IMG/VR virus record: IMGVR_UViG_3300034157_000063
Reading direction: 5' to 3' (one strand)
DNA: 64,000 nt
From: a virus
Taxonomy: Duplodnaviria; Heunggongvirae; Uroviricota; Caudoviricetes
Translations under genes and position numbers: made by a program
The notes under the pieces: generated by a model
Databases searched by the model: none
What the model was told of the DNA's origin: nothing
What the model saw: the letters and a program-made list of their open reading frames with translations, nothing else
In this document: positions 10,618 to 21,067 of the stretch, piece after piece
Position numbering within the stretch: position 1 is the stretch's first letter
Layout of the letters: every line of letters starts with the position of its first letter

Positions 10618-11268
10618 TTAACTATTGTTTGAATTTTTAAAGTTATCTTCTATTTTTTTCATTGTTTCAAAAATTTCTTTAAATAGCTTATTCTCATAAG
10701 TAACAAGATTAGCTAGAATGTTAGGTAAGGTGGATTCTCTTTTGTATGGTTCGCTTCTGATATAGTCAAAAGTAAAATGGTGTATATTAATAGTGATGTC
10801 ATCATTATATACTTCATTTTTTGAACGAGCTTCATCCGATCTTCTTTCTAATTCTAAATAGGCATCTTCAACATAATCATCGTCAACTACAACACCATTG
10901 TCCGCATCAAAATCTTTGTATTCTGATGGGTTTGTTAAGTATTCAACTTCTGGTATTAACAATGTTATTTCTTGGTCATAATTGTAGAATGGGTGATATT
11001 GCTTATTTTGGGGATTTAAAATAGGCTCGCCATATCGTAAAGAAACCATCTTAAAAAAACTATGTACGAAACAACTTTCAACCAGATTTAATCCACTAAA
11101 GCTTATATATAGACCTTTATCATAATGGACTGCATAACTATGTTCTGTTGGAAACTGTGAAACATAAATAGACTCATTATTTGATAAAAATTTTGAATCT
11201 TTCAATATCGCTTCAAGTTCATCTGCAGGAGCGTCTTTCTTTAAATGTAAGGACATTGAATATCCCAT
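10618..11268 (-). CDS. Hypothetical protein (paralogue of 11283)
   Basis: Start revised to MGYSMSLHLKKDAP (GAGGTG SD); shares N-terminus and H.YA...G.YIS motif with the neighbour. Confidence 0.75.
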   Translation of the reverse strand: MGYSMSLHLKKDAPADELEAILKDSKFLSNNESIYVSQFPTEHSYAVHYDKGLYISFSGLNLVESCFVHSFFKMVSLRYGEPILNPQNKQYHPFYNYDQEITLLIPEVEYLTNPSEYKDFDADNGVVVDDDYVEDAYLELERRSDEARSKNEVYNDDITINIHHFTFDYIRSEPYKRESTLPNILANLVTYENKLFKEIFETMKKIEDNFKNSNNS

Positions 11269-11282
11269 AGCATACACCTCAA

Positions 11283-11918
11283 CTATTGGTAGATTTCTGT
11301 TATTTTTGTGGTTGATGGATAATTTTCTAATAGTTTTTGTTTAATCGACTTAAATTCTTTTTCAGCCAAACGAAGTCTTTTAAACTCACCACTTAAAAAT
11401 TTAACGACTTTTAATGAAAACCAGAGATCATCTCTTTTTGGGGATTCGTTATACTTTGATGTTTCAAAGTATTGAAACACTCGTTCGTCATCATCTTCAT
11501 AGTCTTCGTTATCGTTTTTATTTTCTTTCACAATTACATTATCAAACATCTTATACTGATATTGTGATGGACTTAATTTACCTAACTCATTTTCAGACAA
11601 TATAAAGATTACAGCGTTATCATACATGTAATATGGCACATTTTTTCTTAACTTATGATGTTTAGTTCGTAATCCATAGTGAACGGATACTAAATAAATT
11701 AATGCATGAATAAGATAAGATTCAACTGTGTGAACAATACTATAGCTAATGTAAACGCCAAAGCCATTAGGGCTTTTAATAGCATAGCCATGCTCATCTG
11801 AGTTGGTTGTCACCCTGATTGATGGGTTATATCTAATGGTGGGCGAATTTTCTAAAAAACTCACAATTTCATCAATTGGAGCATCTTCTTTTAAGTGCAA
11901 TGATAATGTATATCCCAT
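11283..11918 (-). CDS. Hypothetical protein (paralogue of 10618)
   Basis: MGYTLSLHLKEDAP...HGYA...GVYISYS. Confidence 0.75.
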   Translation of the reverse strand: MGYTLSLHLKEDAPIDEIVSFLENSPTIRYNPSIRVTTNSDEHGYAIKSPNGFGVYISYSIVHTVESYLIHALIYLVSVHYGLRTKHHKLRKNVPYYMYDNAVIFILSENELGKLSPSQYQYKMFDNVIVKENKNDNEDYEDDDERVFQYFETSKYNESPKRDDLWFSLKVVKFLSGEFKRLRLAEKEFKSIKQKLLENYPSTTKITEIYQ

Positions 11919-11981
11919 TCTGATTTACCTCAATAAATTTTGTCGATAGTAACATTTTTAAAACACACCCGTCAAGCATTA

Positions 11982-12776
11982 TTAGCTTGACATGGACATT
12001 TTTCTGTTTTCAATGGCTGTGTCATAAAATGGCGTGCCATGTGTTGAGTTATCGACCAGAGCTTTAATGAGGTTTTTTGAAGCTGATGTTGGATCAACTT
12101 TAACCATTTGTTCAAAGTCATTACGAATGCCTTCAACAGTGTGGAAAACATCCTTCCAACTAACAAACCAGTCATCTTTATTGTTGAAGTTCCTAATCCA
12201 ATCTTCTGTTTGAATAGTTGACTCCAAACCAGCACGAAGTTGTTCACGACGAGCAGTAATCTTCTTGAATACTTCATTATGATCTTTAAACATTAAAATA
12301 TCATCAGTCACATTAACCGGCTCATAACCAAACATTTCAATCACATCATCACACCAGATGCGTTGTTTGAAGGTGTGCTGTCTCAATTCAGGCTCAAAGT
12401 AATAGATAAACACTTCCGACATAAGCGAAGCTTCCAGTTCGTTTTGCCACATGGCTGCTTTCCACTCTTCAAAGTTATCAAACTTCTTCTCAGGGAACGA
12501 GATAAGGTGATAGAACTCATGAAAGAAGAACAAGTCATGGATATATGGGTTTTCATATTGACGATGACCGATGTGGTAGAACCATAGGAACATGTGTTTA
12601 TATTCCAAGTCATTAGAGTAATCGAATACAAACAAACCTTTTTCTTTAAGTCGAGTAATCATGAGATCAACGACTGATCCTTCTTTCTTTTGAAGGTTTT
12701 TGAAGAAATCTGTTTTCCAGTTATTATAGATAAAGTCATCCATATTTTCACTTGATACAAATTGAATGTTATTCAT
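11982..12776 (-). CDS. HExxH-motif putative metalloprotein
   Basis: FFHEFYH followed by ELEASLMSE; overlaps the end of the aminotransferase gene. Confidence 0.55.
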   Translation of the reverse strand: MNNIQFVSSENMDDFIYNNWKTDFFKNLQKKEGSVVDLMITRLKEKGLFVFDYSNDLEYKHMFLWFYHIGHRQYENPYIHDLFFFHEFYHLISFPEKKFDNFEEWKAAMWQNELEASLMSEVFIYYFEPELRQHTFKQRIWCDDVIEMFGYEPVNVTDDILMFKDHNEVFKKITARREQLRAGLESTIQTEDWIRNFNNKDDWFVSWKDVFHTVEGIRNDFEQMVKVDPTSASKNLIKALVDNSTHGTPFYDTAIENRKMSMSS

Positions 12777-13752
12777 TGTTTACAACCTTATTAATGATTT
12801 TTTCAAGGGTTGGTGTAATACACACTCTAATTTCTTTAGAATTTTTACTGCGTGACAATAACTTCTCATGTTCAAAGGTGTCTTTCACAATAGTGGTCAG
12901 CAACAAAGCATCCGAATTTCTAATTTTTAGATTCATGACACTTTCTAGTTTCTTAATAGCTTTCAACTTTTGCTCATTGTATTTTTTAGGGAAGTAATAA
13001 ACATTGAACTGTTTCATTAATTCTTCACCATAACGCATTGAGAATACGTTTTTAAACCACATATTACCATACAGCAATGGATTTGCCTCTTTCAAGAAAA
13101 CACCACCAATACGATGGTAATAAACACCAAAGGCTTTGCTTAAACTGAAGAAGACACCTTTAATGATTTCAAAATCCAAATAAATGCTATATTCTTTTGA
13201 AATGCAACCAACATAAACGGTATCAATGTAAACCGATACATTGTCGTAGATTGAAAGGTAACTCATAAAGGCATTGAATTCATTCCAAACGTTTCCTTCA
13301 ATAGAGCTTGGTTGGCTAATAAAGAAACTACCACCTTGTTCAAATTCTTTGGCATACTCAGTGTATTTTTCACGGTTAATTTTAACAACCACCATATTGA
13401 GAGCAGTCGCTACAGCTTCATAGCCTTCATATTCACCATCGAATACGAAAATTCGTTTGTTTTCTTTTGTAGACAAATAAGCTAATTGTTCACGAATGGC
13501 TTCGGAAGCACCATTAGTTGGATAGAAGAACGGAAAATCATCCCAGTTTACAGTGAGATTAGGTTTGGACCATTCTTTAAAAGTTTCGGCAAAGGATAGA
13601 TGGTAGTTATCTTGTTTTTTAGTCCATGTTTCCGAGTACATATCATGAAGCCCTTCGGATTTATTCCAAAGTGATTCTAATACTTTTTTTGTCTCAGGGA
13701 AACACAGCGAGTAAACAGTTTTTGAGATTCCAAATTCTTCAATAATATCCAT
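12769..13752 (-). CDS. PLP-dependent aminotransferase class I/II-like (HisC/CobD-like fold)
   Basis: TNGASEAI, P.S.EG, YIDTVY, FFSLSKAFG...RIG (Schiff-base Lys motif); start revised to MDIIEEF after an AGAGGA SD. Confidence 0.8.
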   Translation of the reverse strand: MDIIEEFGISKTVYSLCFPETKKVLESLWNKSEGLHDMYSETWTKKQDNYHLSFAETFKEWSKPNLTVNWDDFPFFYPTNGASEAIREQLAYLSTKENKRIFVFDGEYEGYEAVATALNMVVVKINREKYTEYAKEFEQGGSFFISQPSSIEGNVWNEFNAFMSYLSIYDNVSVYIDTVYVGCISKEYSIYLDFEIIKGVFFSLSKAFGVYYHRIGGVFLKEANPLLYGNMWFKNVFSMRYGEELMKQFNVYYFPKKYNEQKLKAIKKLESVMNLKIRNSDALLLTTIVKDTFEHEKLLSRSKNSKEIRVCITPTLEKIINKVVNNE

Positions 13753-13819
13753 TTCTAGTCCTCTTTCGTATAGTATTATTATACTACAACAGGAGGAAAA
13801 CATCAATCACTTGTTTGAA

Positions 13820-14152
13820 TTAAAGTGTAAAAGATTGTCCGCAACCACAGGTTGTGGTGGCTTGTGGGTTATTAACAATGAATTTAGATCCTAGGATATC
13901 ACTGGTATAATCTATTTGTGAGTTTTCTATATACTGATAGCTAAGTGGATCAATCAGTAATCTTGAACCGGGAACTTGAATGTCGTCTTCTTCCATAGTG
14001 GGTACCACATCAAACATATACTGGAATCCCGAGCAACCACCCCCCTGAATATACAGGCGTATAAATTCATTCTCTTTTAATATTGTTTTTATTTTTTCAT
14101 TAGCATTCTCTGAGATGGTTATTCTAATGTTTGGATCAAATTCGGTAATCAT
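13820..14152 (-). CDS. erpA: A-type Fe-S cluster carrier (ErpA/IscA/HesB family)
   Basis: RLYIQGGGCSGFQY and NPQATTTCGCGQSF signatures. Confidence 0.9.
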   Translation of the reverse strand: MITEFDPNIRITISENANEKIKTILKENEFIRLYIQGGGCSGFQYMFDVVPTMEEDDIQVPGSRLLIDPLSYQYIENSQIDYTSDILGSKFIVNNPQATTTCGCGQSFTL

Positions 14153-14245
14153 TTTTATCTCCGTTATAATATATCAACTATATTAACATTTCAAAAAAAA
14201 TAAGCAATAAAAAACCCCGACATGTCGAGGCTTTAAAGTTTTTGA

Positions 14246-15010
14246 TTATCTATCAAAAGGTGTTGGTTTTGGTTTCATATTAGGATTGATGTAATAAGGA
14301 TTGTTCAAATTTGGATTTTTAATTGTATTACTTGTTCCCAAATCAGGTGGTTCTCTATCTTGCATATCCACTTCAAGCTCTAACCCCGCAAGACTTGATG
14401 AATAATCTATATCAGAATCTTTTTGATACATCTTAATACCAGACGTTTGATCAATGTTGTCATATTTGTCACTGACATCAAAATCATCAATCACAGTCAT
14501 TGCTCTTTGCACAAAACCTTCTATCTTTGGTCCACGGAACCCCAATTGTCCCACAAAGCTTCTGAATGATTCTTCTAGTTCTGCTGGTGAAGCTGGAGAA
14601 TCATTGCCGTCATCGTGAGCATAGTGAGCCATAACAAATTTAGCCATCAATTCAGGTGTGAGAATGCTTTCTAATTGACTCATACATTCTTCTTCTGTCA
14701 TGGTTGGATCATTGTCATTAGTGACACCAGCCGTTTGTTCAGGTGCAGGCTTTAACTCTTGTTCAGGTCTGTATCTAAAATCATTTTCATTTTTTAAGGC
14801 AGGTTCCATTTCCAAATCCAATCTATTAGCGAGTTCAGGATTAATGGTTAAATCTCGTTCAGGTCTATAAGTAAGTTCTTGTTCATTCTTTAATGATCTA
14901 ATTCTTTCAAGTTGTGCGTCGTTAGATATTTCAGGATTTAATTCAACTTTACGCTTAATGTCATTGGTTGGCATAGGCTTCTGATTGAGGTCATATTTTA
15001 ATTTATCCAT
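14246..15010 (-). CDS. Hypothetical acidic protein with short internal repeats
   Basis: Repeated (L/I)NPE and YRPE motifs; ends NPNMKPKPTPFDR. Confidence 0.75.
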   Translation of the reverse strand: MDKLKYDLNQKPMPTNDIKRKVELNPEISNDAQLERIRSLKNEQELTYRPERDLTINPELANRLDLEMEPALKNENDFRYRPEQELKPAPEQTAGVTNDNDPTMTEEECMSQLESILTPELMAKFVMAHYAHDDGNDSPASPAELEESFRSFVGQLGFRGPKIEGFVQRAMTVIDDFDVSDKYDNIDQTSGIKMYQKDSDIDYSSSLAGLELEVDMQDREPPDLGTSNTIKNPNLNNPYYINPNMKPKPTPFDR

Positions 15011-15071
15011 GTTTTTCTCAATGTTCTCTTATAGTCATTGTAGCATAAATAAATGAAAAAGCCATAATTTC

Positions 15072-16214
15072 TTATGGCTTGATAGGCTTTCTTGTAACAG
15101 TTTGTGTTTCTTTTATCTGACCAGCAGCAACAGCTTCACGGTAGGCGACTTTACAATTTTTCAAAAATTCTTCTTTTTCAGTTAATTTTTTTGTAACAAC
15201 AGGTGCAGGTGGTGTAACTGCTTGTTGTCTTTCCTGTTCAAGCTTTTGTTGAATGAAAGCCGCAGGAGATGGAGCTTTATCCCCAGCAGGTCGTTGTTGT
15301 GGCGTTACTGGTCTTGGCTGTGCAGACTGGGCTGGTGCTGCAGCTTTTTGTGGAGCTGGTGTTGCTTGTGGTGTTTTTTGAGCATTAGTATTTTCAACAG
15401 GCTTCTTAGCTGGATAGCTTGGTTTTGCACCCGTTTTATTTTGGTATCCTGCTTTATTGTTTTGTGCAGGTTTTTCAAATAATTTTTCCAATGACATCAA
15501 GTCAAGATCAGGGAATTTTTCAGCCAACATTTTAAGTTGATGAACGTTGAAAGACAATGACATTGCATATTTTTTTACTTTAATACCTTCTTTCTCTTCC
15601 TCTTTGATATACAACATTGCTCCTTCTTTTTGCATCATTCTGACAAGAGCATCTACACCTTTTGATGAAATACTGATGGCCTTTGCAATTTCTTCGGTTG
15701 TTAACATTCTTCTTGATTCTTTTAATGCCTTCATCATAGCCGTAAACTTTGGATTGTTGTATGACTGTTGTACAACTAATGGTTTCAAACCAGCCGCAAT
15801 AATCTCATCAGCGTGCTTTTGTTCTGGGGTGGTTCGTGCTGTAGTAGGCATTTCGTTTTGTGTTGGGGTTGCTTTATAGTTTTGTTTGATTGCATTCTTA
15901 GCCCACAATCTTTCACGAAGTTCATCCATCGCTTGCATCGACGCCATAACAGCTTTTTCTAAGTCAACACGAAAAAATTCTCGGCTTTCATTTGTTCTGA
16001 AACGAGTAAGTCTAGTATGAATAAGTTCTTCACACAACATGGCATCTTCTACGAACCAGTATTTTTCAACGAAGAATGGTGTAGGCACGCCAGTTGTAAA
16101 TAGGTCGAAGGATCTATCATAAGGAGAGTTTTGTGTGTAGCCTATCTTTAAGTCTTTTAATGATTCATTACTTAATATATAGACATAGCCCGGATTTTCG
16201 AATTTTAATGTCAT
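15072..16214 (-). CDS. T5orf172/GIY-YIG domain protein with low-complexity Pro/Ala/Gln linker
   Basis: GYVYILSN...LKIGYT...TGVPTPF...E..IH..L...R....EFF motif; ends TRKPIKP. Confidence 0.85.
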   Translation of the reverse strand: MTLKFENPGYVYILSNESLKDLKIGYTQNSPYDRSFDLFTTGVPTPFFVEKYWFVEDAMLCEELIHTRLTRFRTNESREFFRVDLEKAVMASMQAMDELRERLWAKNAIKQNYKATPTQNEMPTTARTTPEQKHADEIIAAGLKPLVVQQSYNNPKFTAMMKALKESRRMLTTEEIAKAISISSKGVDALVRMMQKEGAMLYIKEEEKEGIKVKKYAMSLSFNVHQLKMLAEKFPDLDLMSLEKLFEKPAQNNKAGYQNKTGAKPSYPAKKPVENTNAQKTPQATPAPQKAAAPAQSAQPRPVTPQQRPAGDKAPSPAAFIQQKLEQERQQAVTPPAPVVTKKLTEKEEFLKNCKVAYREAVAAGQIKETQTVTRKPIKP

Positions 16215-16338
16215 TTTATGCTATCTTTGATTTATTACTATTCATTATAACATAATAATGTGATAAATAAAAACCTCATTTTATTTTTTTATTTCAATTT
16301 CATGTTATAATAAGAATATCAAACAAGAAGACTTACTT

Positions 16339-17118
16339 ATGGAAAATAACACAAAAAAGATAGTCGATAGTTACATAGATGAACTTAATAAAGAGAACAT
16401 GTCTTACAGTACTGAAATGGTTGTTCGTAACAGTGATAGTAAGTTCCCTTATCTTGGATTATCTGTGTATGACGAATTGACCAATGTTAAAGAACTCATA
16501 TTACTCAGTAACAAAGAACATCCAGAAACATTAGATGATGTTAAGTTCTTAGTCGTTGAGATCTATAAAATACCAACGCCGGAAGGTCATCACTTTGGCG
16601 TTCCGTCATTCCTTTATGTTGATAAAGTTACAAATGATGAACAGATTTCCCGTTATACACTTACCGATGATGATATTAAGACCTACGCTAACCCTGTAGA
16701 TGCTGTTATTTCTGCTATAAAAAATTTCGAATTAGACAATTATCAAAGAAAAATGTCTGTAGACAATATTGCGGAAAATATTAATGCCCTATCTGATGGT
16801 GATCCTTTCAATGATGAAATTGCTGGTTTGGTATTGGCACAAGCTGTTACAAAGTCATTAAATACTGAAAATGTAAATTTATTTGAAACTGCAATTGACC
16901 TAGATGTTCCGAAATTAGTAGTTTCATGTCCTAAATATGACAACTGGGCTGATATAGTTAATACAGGCGAAGAGGGTAGTCTTCATAATCAAGTGGTTTC
17001 TTTTACTAGTGAAAACTTTGCAAAATTTGTTGATGAGACATTAGATACCGCTAGGGTCTATTGTTTGAATACATTAAAAGATAAAAAAAACAACAATCAT
17101 AAAATAAAGCCTTCGTAA
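16339..17118 (+). CDS. Hypothetical protein with basic tail
   Basis: 259-aa ORF; ends KDKKNNNHKIKPS; stop codon lies in the terminator loop. Confidence 0.75.
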   Translation: MENNTKKIVDSYIDELNKENMSYSTEMVVRNSDSKFPYLGLSVYDELTNVKELILLSNKEHPETLDDVKFLVVEIYKIPTPEGHHFGVPSFLYVDKVTNDEQISRYTLTDDDIKTYANPVDAVISAIKNFELDNYQRKMSVDNIAENINALSDGDPFNDEIAGLVLAQAVTKSLNTENVNLFETAIDLDVPKLVVSCPKYDNWADIVNTGEEGSLHNQVVSFTSENFAKFVDETLDTARVYCLNTLKDKKNNNHKIKPS

Positions 17119-17187
17119 GAAGGTTTTTTCTTGCTTAATATTCGATATTTTGATAGTATACAGAGATTCATCTTATGGGGTATTTTT

Positions 17188-17886
17188 ATGGATTTTGATA
17201 ATTTTGTATTTACTAAGCGAAATGATAACTACACGTTATCGCTTCTTGACTACCTGCAGCTTGTTCAGGAATCGAGTCAACATGAATCCATTAGAACACT
17301 AAAATACCATACTCGTAAGGTGGATGTTAATGGCGTTCAAGATATTTCTACACCTGAAATCTATATTCAAACAGAACAACACAAAATCCATGTGTTCAAT
17401 CAAGCTGATACTACGCATGAAGCAGCTTATTCATTTACAGGAGCAGGGAATTTTCTTTATTACATTGCCAAGTATCCTACGATAGATCGTGTTCTCACTC
17501 AAATGGAATTCTTACGCCGTATGCATGATGAGTTGCATTCTAGCATGGGTGTTGACAATCCTTTTCTGGATAACCGCACTAGTAGCTATAAAGCAGTTTT
17601 GAAAAATGTTGATGGTGTTATTAAGTTATTTCATGTGCTCAACTATGACACTGGATTTAGAGCTGTGTTTGATCAATCCTTTAACATTGTTGATGTTTAC
17701 TTTCGTCATCCGAATTTAGAGAAGTTTAGAACACGTTCACTTGAAGATAAAAAAGTTATCTTTGCTTTTTTTAATGTTTACTTTCGAAGCCCTTTGCTGA
17801 GAGAAGAACTTTGCAAAAAGTATGATGAATTATCTTTTGAGGAAATTCGTGATTATCTTACTATTTATAGAATGGTTAATATTTAA
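17188..17886 (+). CDS. Hypothetical protein, MxxI-tail family
   Basis: Start revised to MDFDN (GGGG SD); ends ELSFEEIRDYLTIYRMVNI. Confidence 0.75.
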   Translation: MDFDNFVFTKRNDNYTLSLLDYLQLVQESSQHESIRTLKYHTRKVDVNGVQDISTPEIYIQTEQHKIHVFNQADTTHEAAYSFTGAGNFLYYIAKYPTIDRVLTQMEFLRRMHDELHSSMGVDNPFLDNRTSSYKAVLKNVDGVIKLFHVLNYDTGFRAVFDQSFNIVDVYFRHPNLEKFRTRSLEDKKVIFAFFNVYFRSPLLREELCKKYDELSFEEIRDYLTIYRMVNI

Positions 17887-17951
17887 TAGAAATCAAAAAA
17901 AGTATAATAAGAAAACATCTGTTGAGGCAGATGTTTTTATTTGTTTATTAT

Positions 17952-18611
17952 TTAAAGTGTTATGTCTGGTGCTTTCTTTAATCTTTGATTTCTATCATAA
18001 GCAACAATTGCTTCTTTTGCCATAATATCAAGCAAAGCATGTTCCATTAACATACACAGTGTTTTTGGCAAATAGCGAAATCTATGATCATCATCAAGTA
18101 ATTTTAATTGTTTTTTTGCAATTGAACGGCCTTTTTGTGTCGGTAAGGTAAATTCTCTAGTGTGTAATCTCATTTTAGACAAGAAAAAATCAATATCGAA
18201 TGGACTCAATCGACTGTAATCAGTGGGATCATGTTTAAATACTTCTGTAGTTATTTTTGCAATAGACTCCATAAGGTCTATATAATTAGTTAAAGATCTT
18301 ATCGTTGATGGACTGTAGCTATTAGAAGGTTTAAATAAAGTAGAGAGTAGATGATTAACGTCGCCGCCTGATAATATTTCATGTTTGATATTATCTTCAC
18401 AGGCTACGGATAAGTTATATTGTGCAAATTCTGTATTAAATTGTGACACCAATTCTTCAACAGTCATAGAACCAATACTTTCGCCATCACGAGTTTGAAA
18501 GCCATTATTCTGATAGGCTGCTGTTCGCCTCTCAATATGTCGTGTTAATGTGTGCTTAAAGAAACTGCAGTTTAATTGTTCCTGTTCTAATTGATAGGCT
18601 GTCAACATCAA
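17952..18611 (-). CDS. Hypothetical protein
   Basis: 219-aa ORF with GAGGA SD. Confidence 0.7.
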   Translation of the reverse strand: MMLTAYQLEQEQLNCSFFKHTLTRHIERRTAAYQNNGFQTRDGESIGSMTVEELVSQFNTEFAQYNLSVACEDNIKHEILSGGDVNHLLSTLFKPSNSYSPSTIRSLTNYIDLMESIAKITTEVFKHDPTDYSRLSPFDIDFFLSKMRLHTREFTLPTQKGRSIAKKQLKLLDDDHRFRYLPKTLCMLMEHALLDIMAKEAIVAYDRNQRLKKAPDITL

Positions 18612-18729
18612 TAAATCCTCATTATTTTAACCATTATAGCATAAAATCATTGTGAATTAAAGAAATCCTTTAACTTTACTTTTTGTTTGATTTTTGTTAT
18701 AATAACGCTCTATTACAGAGGATTCATAC

Positions 18730-19449
18730 GTGGATAAATTAGAAGTCGCCCAGTTAATCAAATCATACATTTTATCTTTTGAAGATGTGAAGTGTGAAGA
18801 CGATGATGGCTTTTTAGATTTATACATTCATGAAAAGGCTAAGCCGGGTGGTTTGATTCATTTAAACAATGAAAATGATTATACGAATAAAACACTATTC
18901 AGTTATGAGAAATATGAAAACTATCATATCTTTTTTATGAACACTGCCGGTGGTGTAAATAATCTCTTCAAAATAGTGGATATGGCGACTCATCCATCTA
19001 GTAAAAATGCATTAACATACCATGAACGCATTCTGAGTAATTTAAAATTTGTTCGTTCTTATTGTTCTGCATTGGAAGAAGCAATCCCGACCAAATACAA
19101 GTTACTGCAAGATGAACGACTGGATAGGTTTAGAATTGATCTTGATGACACTTCTGGTCATTTTGTGATTAGTCATACTACGGCCTTCTTTTCATACCAT
19201 TATTCGGCTGTTTATGTGACCTTTATATTTGACAAAAATCATAATTTGATTAATATAGGATTTGAAGATTCTCATGTAAAAGAAGTCATGAAAGACTTAA
19301 CTATTGAGAAAAAAGCCAAAGCTTTTGCTTTTTTTATTGATTACTTTATTGAGAAAGATTTTAGAGAACTTGTTAATATAGATTATAAAGAAGTCAATAT
19401 AGATAATCTTGATGATTATTTGTTATTGCACGCCATGAAAGAGGTTTAA
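18730..19449 (+). CDS. Hypothetical protein, MxxI-tail family
   Basis: GAGGA SD plus GTG start; ends DDYLLLHAMKEV. Confidence 0.75.
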   Translation: MDKLEVAQLIKSYILSFEDVKCEDDDGFLDLYIHEKAKPGGLIHLNNENDYTNKTLFSYEKYENYHIFFMNTAGGVNNLFKIVDMATHPSSKNALTYHERILSNLKFVRSYCSALEEAIPTKYKLLQDERLDRFRIDLDDTSGHFVISHTTAFFSYHYSAVYVTFIFDKNHNLINIGFEDSHVKEVMKDLTIEKKAKAFAFFIDYFIEKDFRELVNIDYKEVNIDNLDDYLLLHAMKEV

Positions 19450-19450
19450 C

Positions 19451-20104
19451 ATGTATTTTGTAGATGGAATGGATTTGTCAACTATATTTAAGGGAGTATT
19501 TCCTTATTATACCCAAGGATTTAGGCTAAAAAAGATTAATCGCAGTGAGTTAGAAGGTTATGATGCCTTGAAAGAATCTCTTTCTACACCTTTGGATCAT
19601 AATATGTCTTACGGTAGGTTGGTTAATAATTTTGGCGAAGAGTTAGGAATGTTTCAAACTGTGAATAATAAGACTAAAGTCTTATTTAACAGCGAATTCA
19701 TTTTCTCTCAGATAAACAATGTTGACAAGACGGTTAATCATTATTACTTGACGTTTGCTTTTTACTTGAATAACGATTTCACCTTTAAATCATTTAGTTT
19801 TGATTTTTTGTATTCATTTAAACCCTACACTGACAATGGTTCTGCAAAGGATAGGTATAGTAATCATATTGAGCTTATTTTAGAAGATGACTTTGTAAAA
19901 ATTACTACAGATGAAGTCGATTATGATTTAAAGGGAACCCATACTATATTTGAAATTTTACCTGATTTTGTGTTGGCATGTATTTATAATGCGAATAATG
20001 ATATTGTAAAGGATGACCATTTTGATCTTAATCTTATCCTTCAAGGTCAAAAAATTGATGATAAAAAACGATGTAAAGATTTGCTTAGTATGATCTCTTA
20101 TTAA
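19451..20104 (+). CDS. Hypothetical protein, MxxI-tail family
   Basis: Starts 1 nt after the previous stop; ends KDLLSMISY. Confidence 0.75.
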   Translation: MYFVDGMDLSTIFKGVFPYYTQGFRLKKINRSELEGYDALKESLSTPLDHNMSYGRLVNNFGEELGMFQTVNNKTKVLFNSEFIFSQINNVDKTVNHYYLTFAFYLNNDFTFKSFSFDFLYSFKPYTDNGSAKDRYSNHIELILEDDFVKITTDEVDYDLKGTHTIFEILPDFVLACIYNANNDIVKDDHFDLNLILQGQKIDDKKRCKDLLSMISY

Positions 20105-20122
20105 AAATATATAAAAACCATG

Positions 20123-20151
20123 TTGACATGGTTTTAAATCCAAGGTATTAT
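20123..20151 (+). promoter_or_regulatory. sigma70 promoter of tRNA-Met
   Basis: TTGACA-17-TATTAT; the -35 box sits inside the inverted repeat AAAACCATG-TTGA-CATGGTTTT. Confidence 0.7.
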
Positions 20152-20204
20152 ATAAAAACGAAATAAAGAACAATTCTTAAATGAATATTTTTATTTTACT
20201 TAGT

Positions 20205-20279
20205 CGCAGGGTGGAGAAGTGGTATCTCGTTAGGCTCATAACCTGAAGATCGTGGGTTCAATTCCCGCCCCTGCAACCA
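20205..20279 (+). tRNA. tRNA-Met(CAT), initiator-like
   Basis: Full cloverleaf, CAT anticodon, C1:A72 mismatch, A11:U24 pair, encoded CCA. Confidence 0.92.
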
Positions 20280-20357
20280 GATTTAGTTTGAAAAAAATAG
20301 GTGATACGCTACCGTAAATGCGAACTTGAAATATAATTAGCCGTTTAGGCAAGATTT

Positions 20358-20380
20358 AAAACCACTTAGGTGGTTTTTTT
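20358..20380 (+). terminator. Intrinsic terminator
   Basis: AAAACCAC-TTAG-GTGGTTTTTTT. Confidence 0.8.
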
Positions 20381-20464
20381 GCTTCAGTACTTTTATTTTT
20401 TTGACATGTTTAAATTTAAATCATATCATAAATATAATTTAAATGACATATTAAGAGGGTAATC

Positions 20465-21058
20465 ATGTTTAAAACTATTTCTATTGCTTTATCACTATTA
20501 ACAGTTGGGATTGCATCGGCTGACAGCAATTTCAAAGCCGGTCAATATGAGTTTGTTAAAATGGCTGTAACGCCTGACAATCGAGTAGAAGGCTATTATC
20601 ATGAAGTCATGGGTGAAGGTGTTACCAGAACGTGTACGTTCTTTTTCGAAGGGGCTATTGTTCCTGATGGTTCTACTTATGTAAAAACATGGTCAGGCAC
20701 CAGTAAGATTGATGGTGTTGTTGATAATCAACTTGATTCACTTTTTATGGAATTAGCTGATGACCATCCGGGTTGTTCAAGTGTTGGTGCAAGTCAAGCT
20801 AAATATGGTTTGAATTTCTCATTACTTGAAAAGAAACCTTGGATCGGATTAGGTGTTATCACAGAAGCTAAGGTTTATCTAAACAGTGCTCCTATTGCTG
20901 GCACAGAAGGTAAAGTCTATATTGTAGAAGATGACGTATTTAGTATTATTGAAGTTAAAGATGACTATACATCAATTGAATACATTAATGATGATAACAA
21001 GTCTTTTACAGGTTGGATAAAAACATCTAGTTATTCTGGCATTAAAGATGCAAAATGA
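20465..21058 (+). CDS. Secreted protein with probable C-terminal SH3b-like domain
   Basis: Signal peptide ending ASA/D, one Cys pair, C-terminal ...Y...GWIK pattern. Confidence 0.65.
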   Translation: MFKTISIALSLLTVGIASADSNFKAGQYEFVKMAVTPDNRVEGYYHEVMGEGVTRTCTFFFEGAIVPDGSTYVKTWSGTSKIDGVVDNQLDSLFMELADDHPGCSSVGASQAKYGLNFSLLEKKPWIGLGVITEAKVYLNSAPIAGTEGKVYIVEDDVFSIIEVKDDYTSIEYINDDNKSFTGWIKTSSYSGIKDAK

Positions 21059-21067
21059 TGGGTTGAA

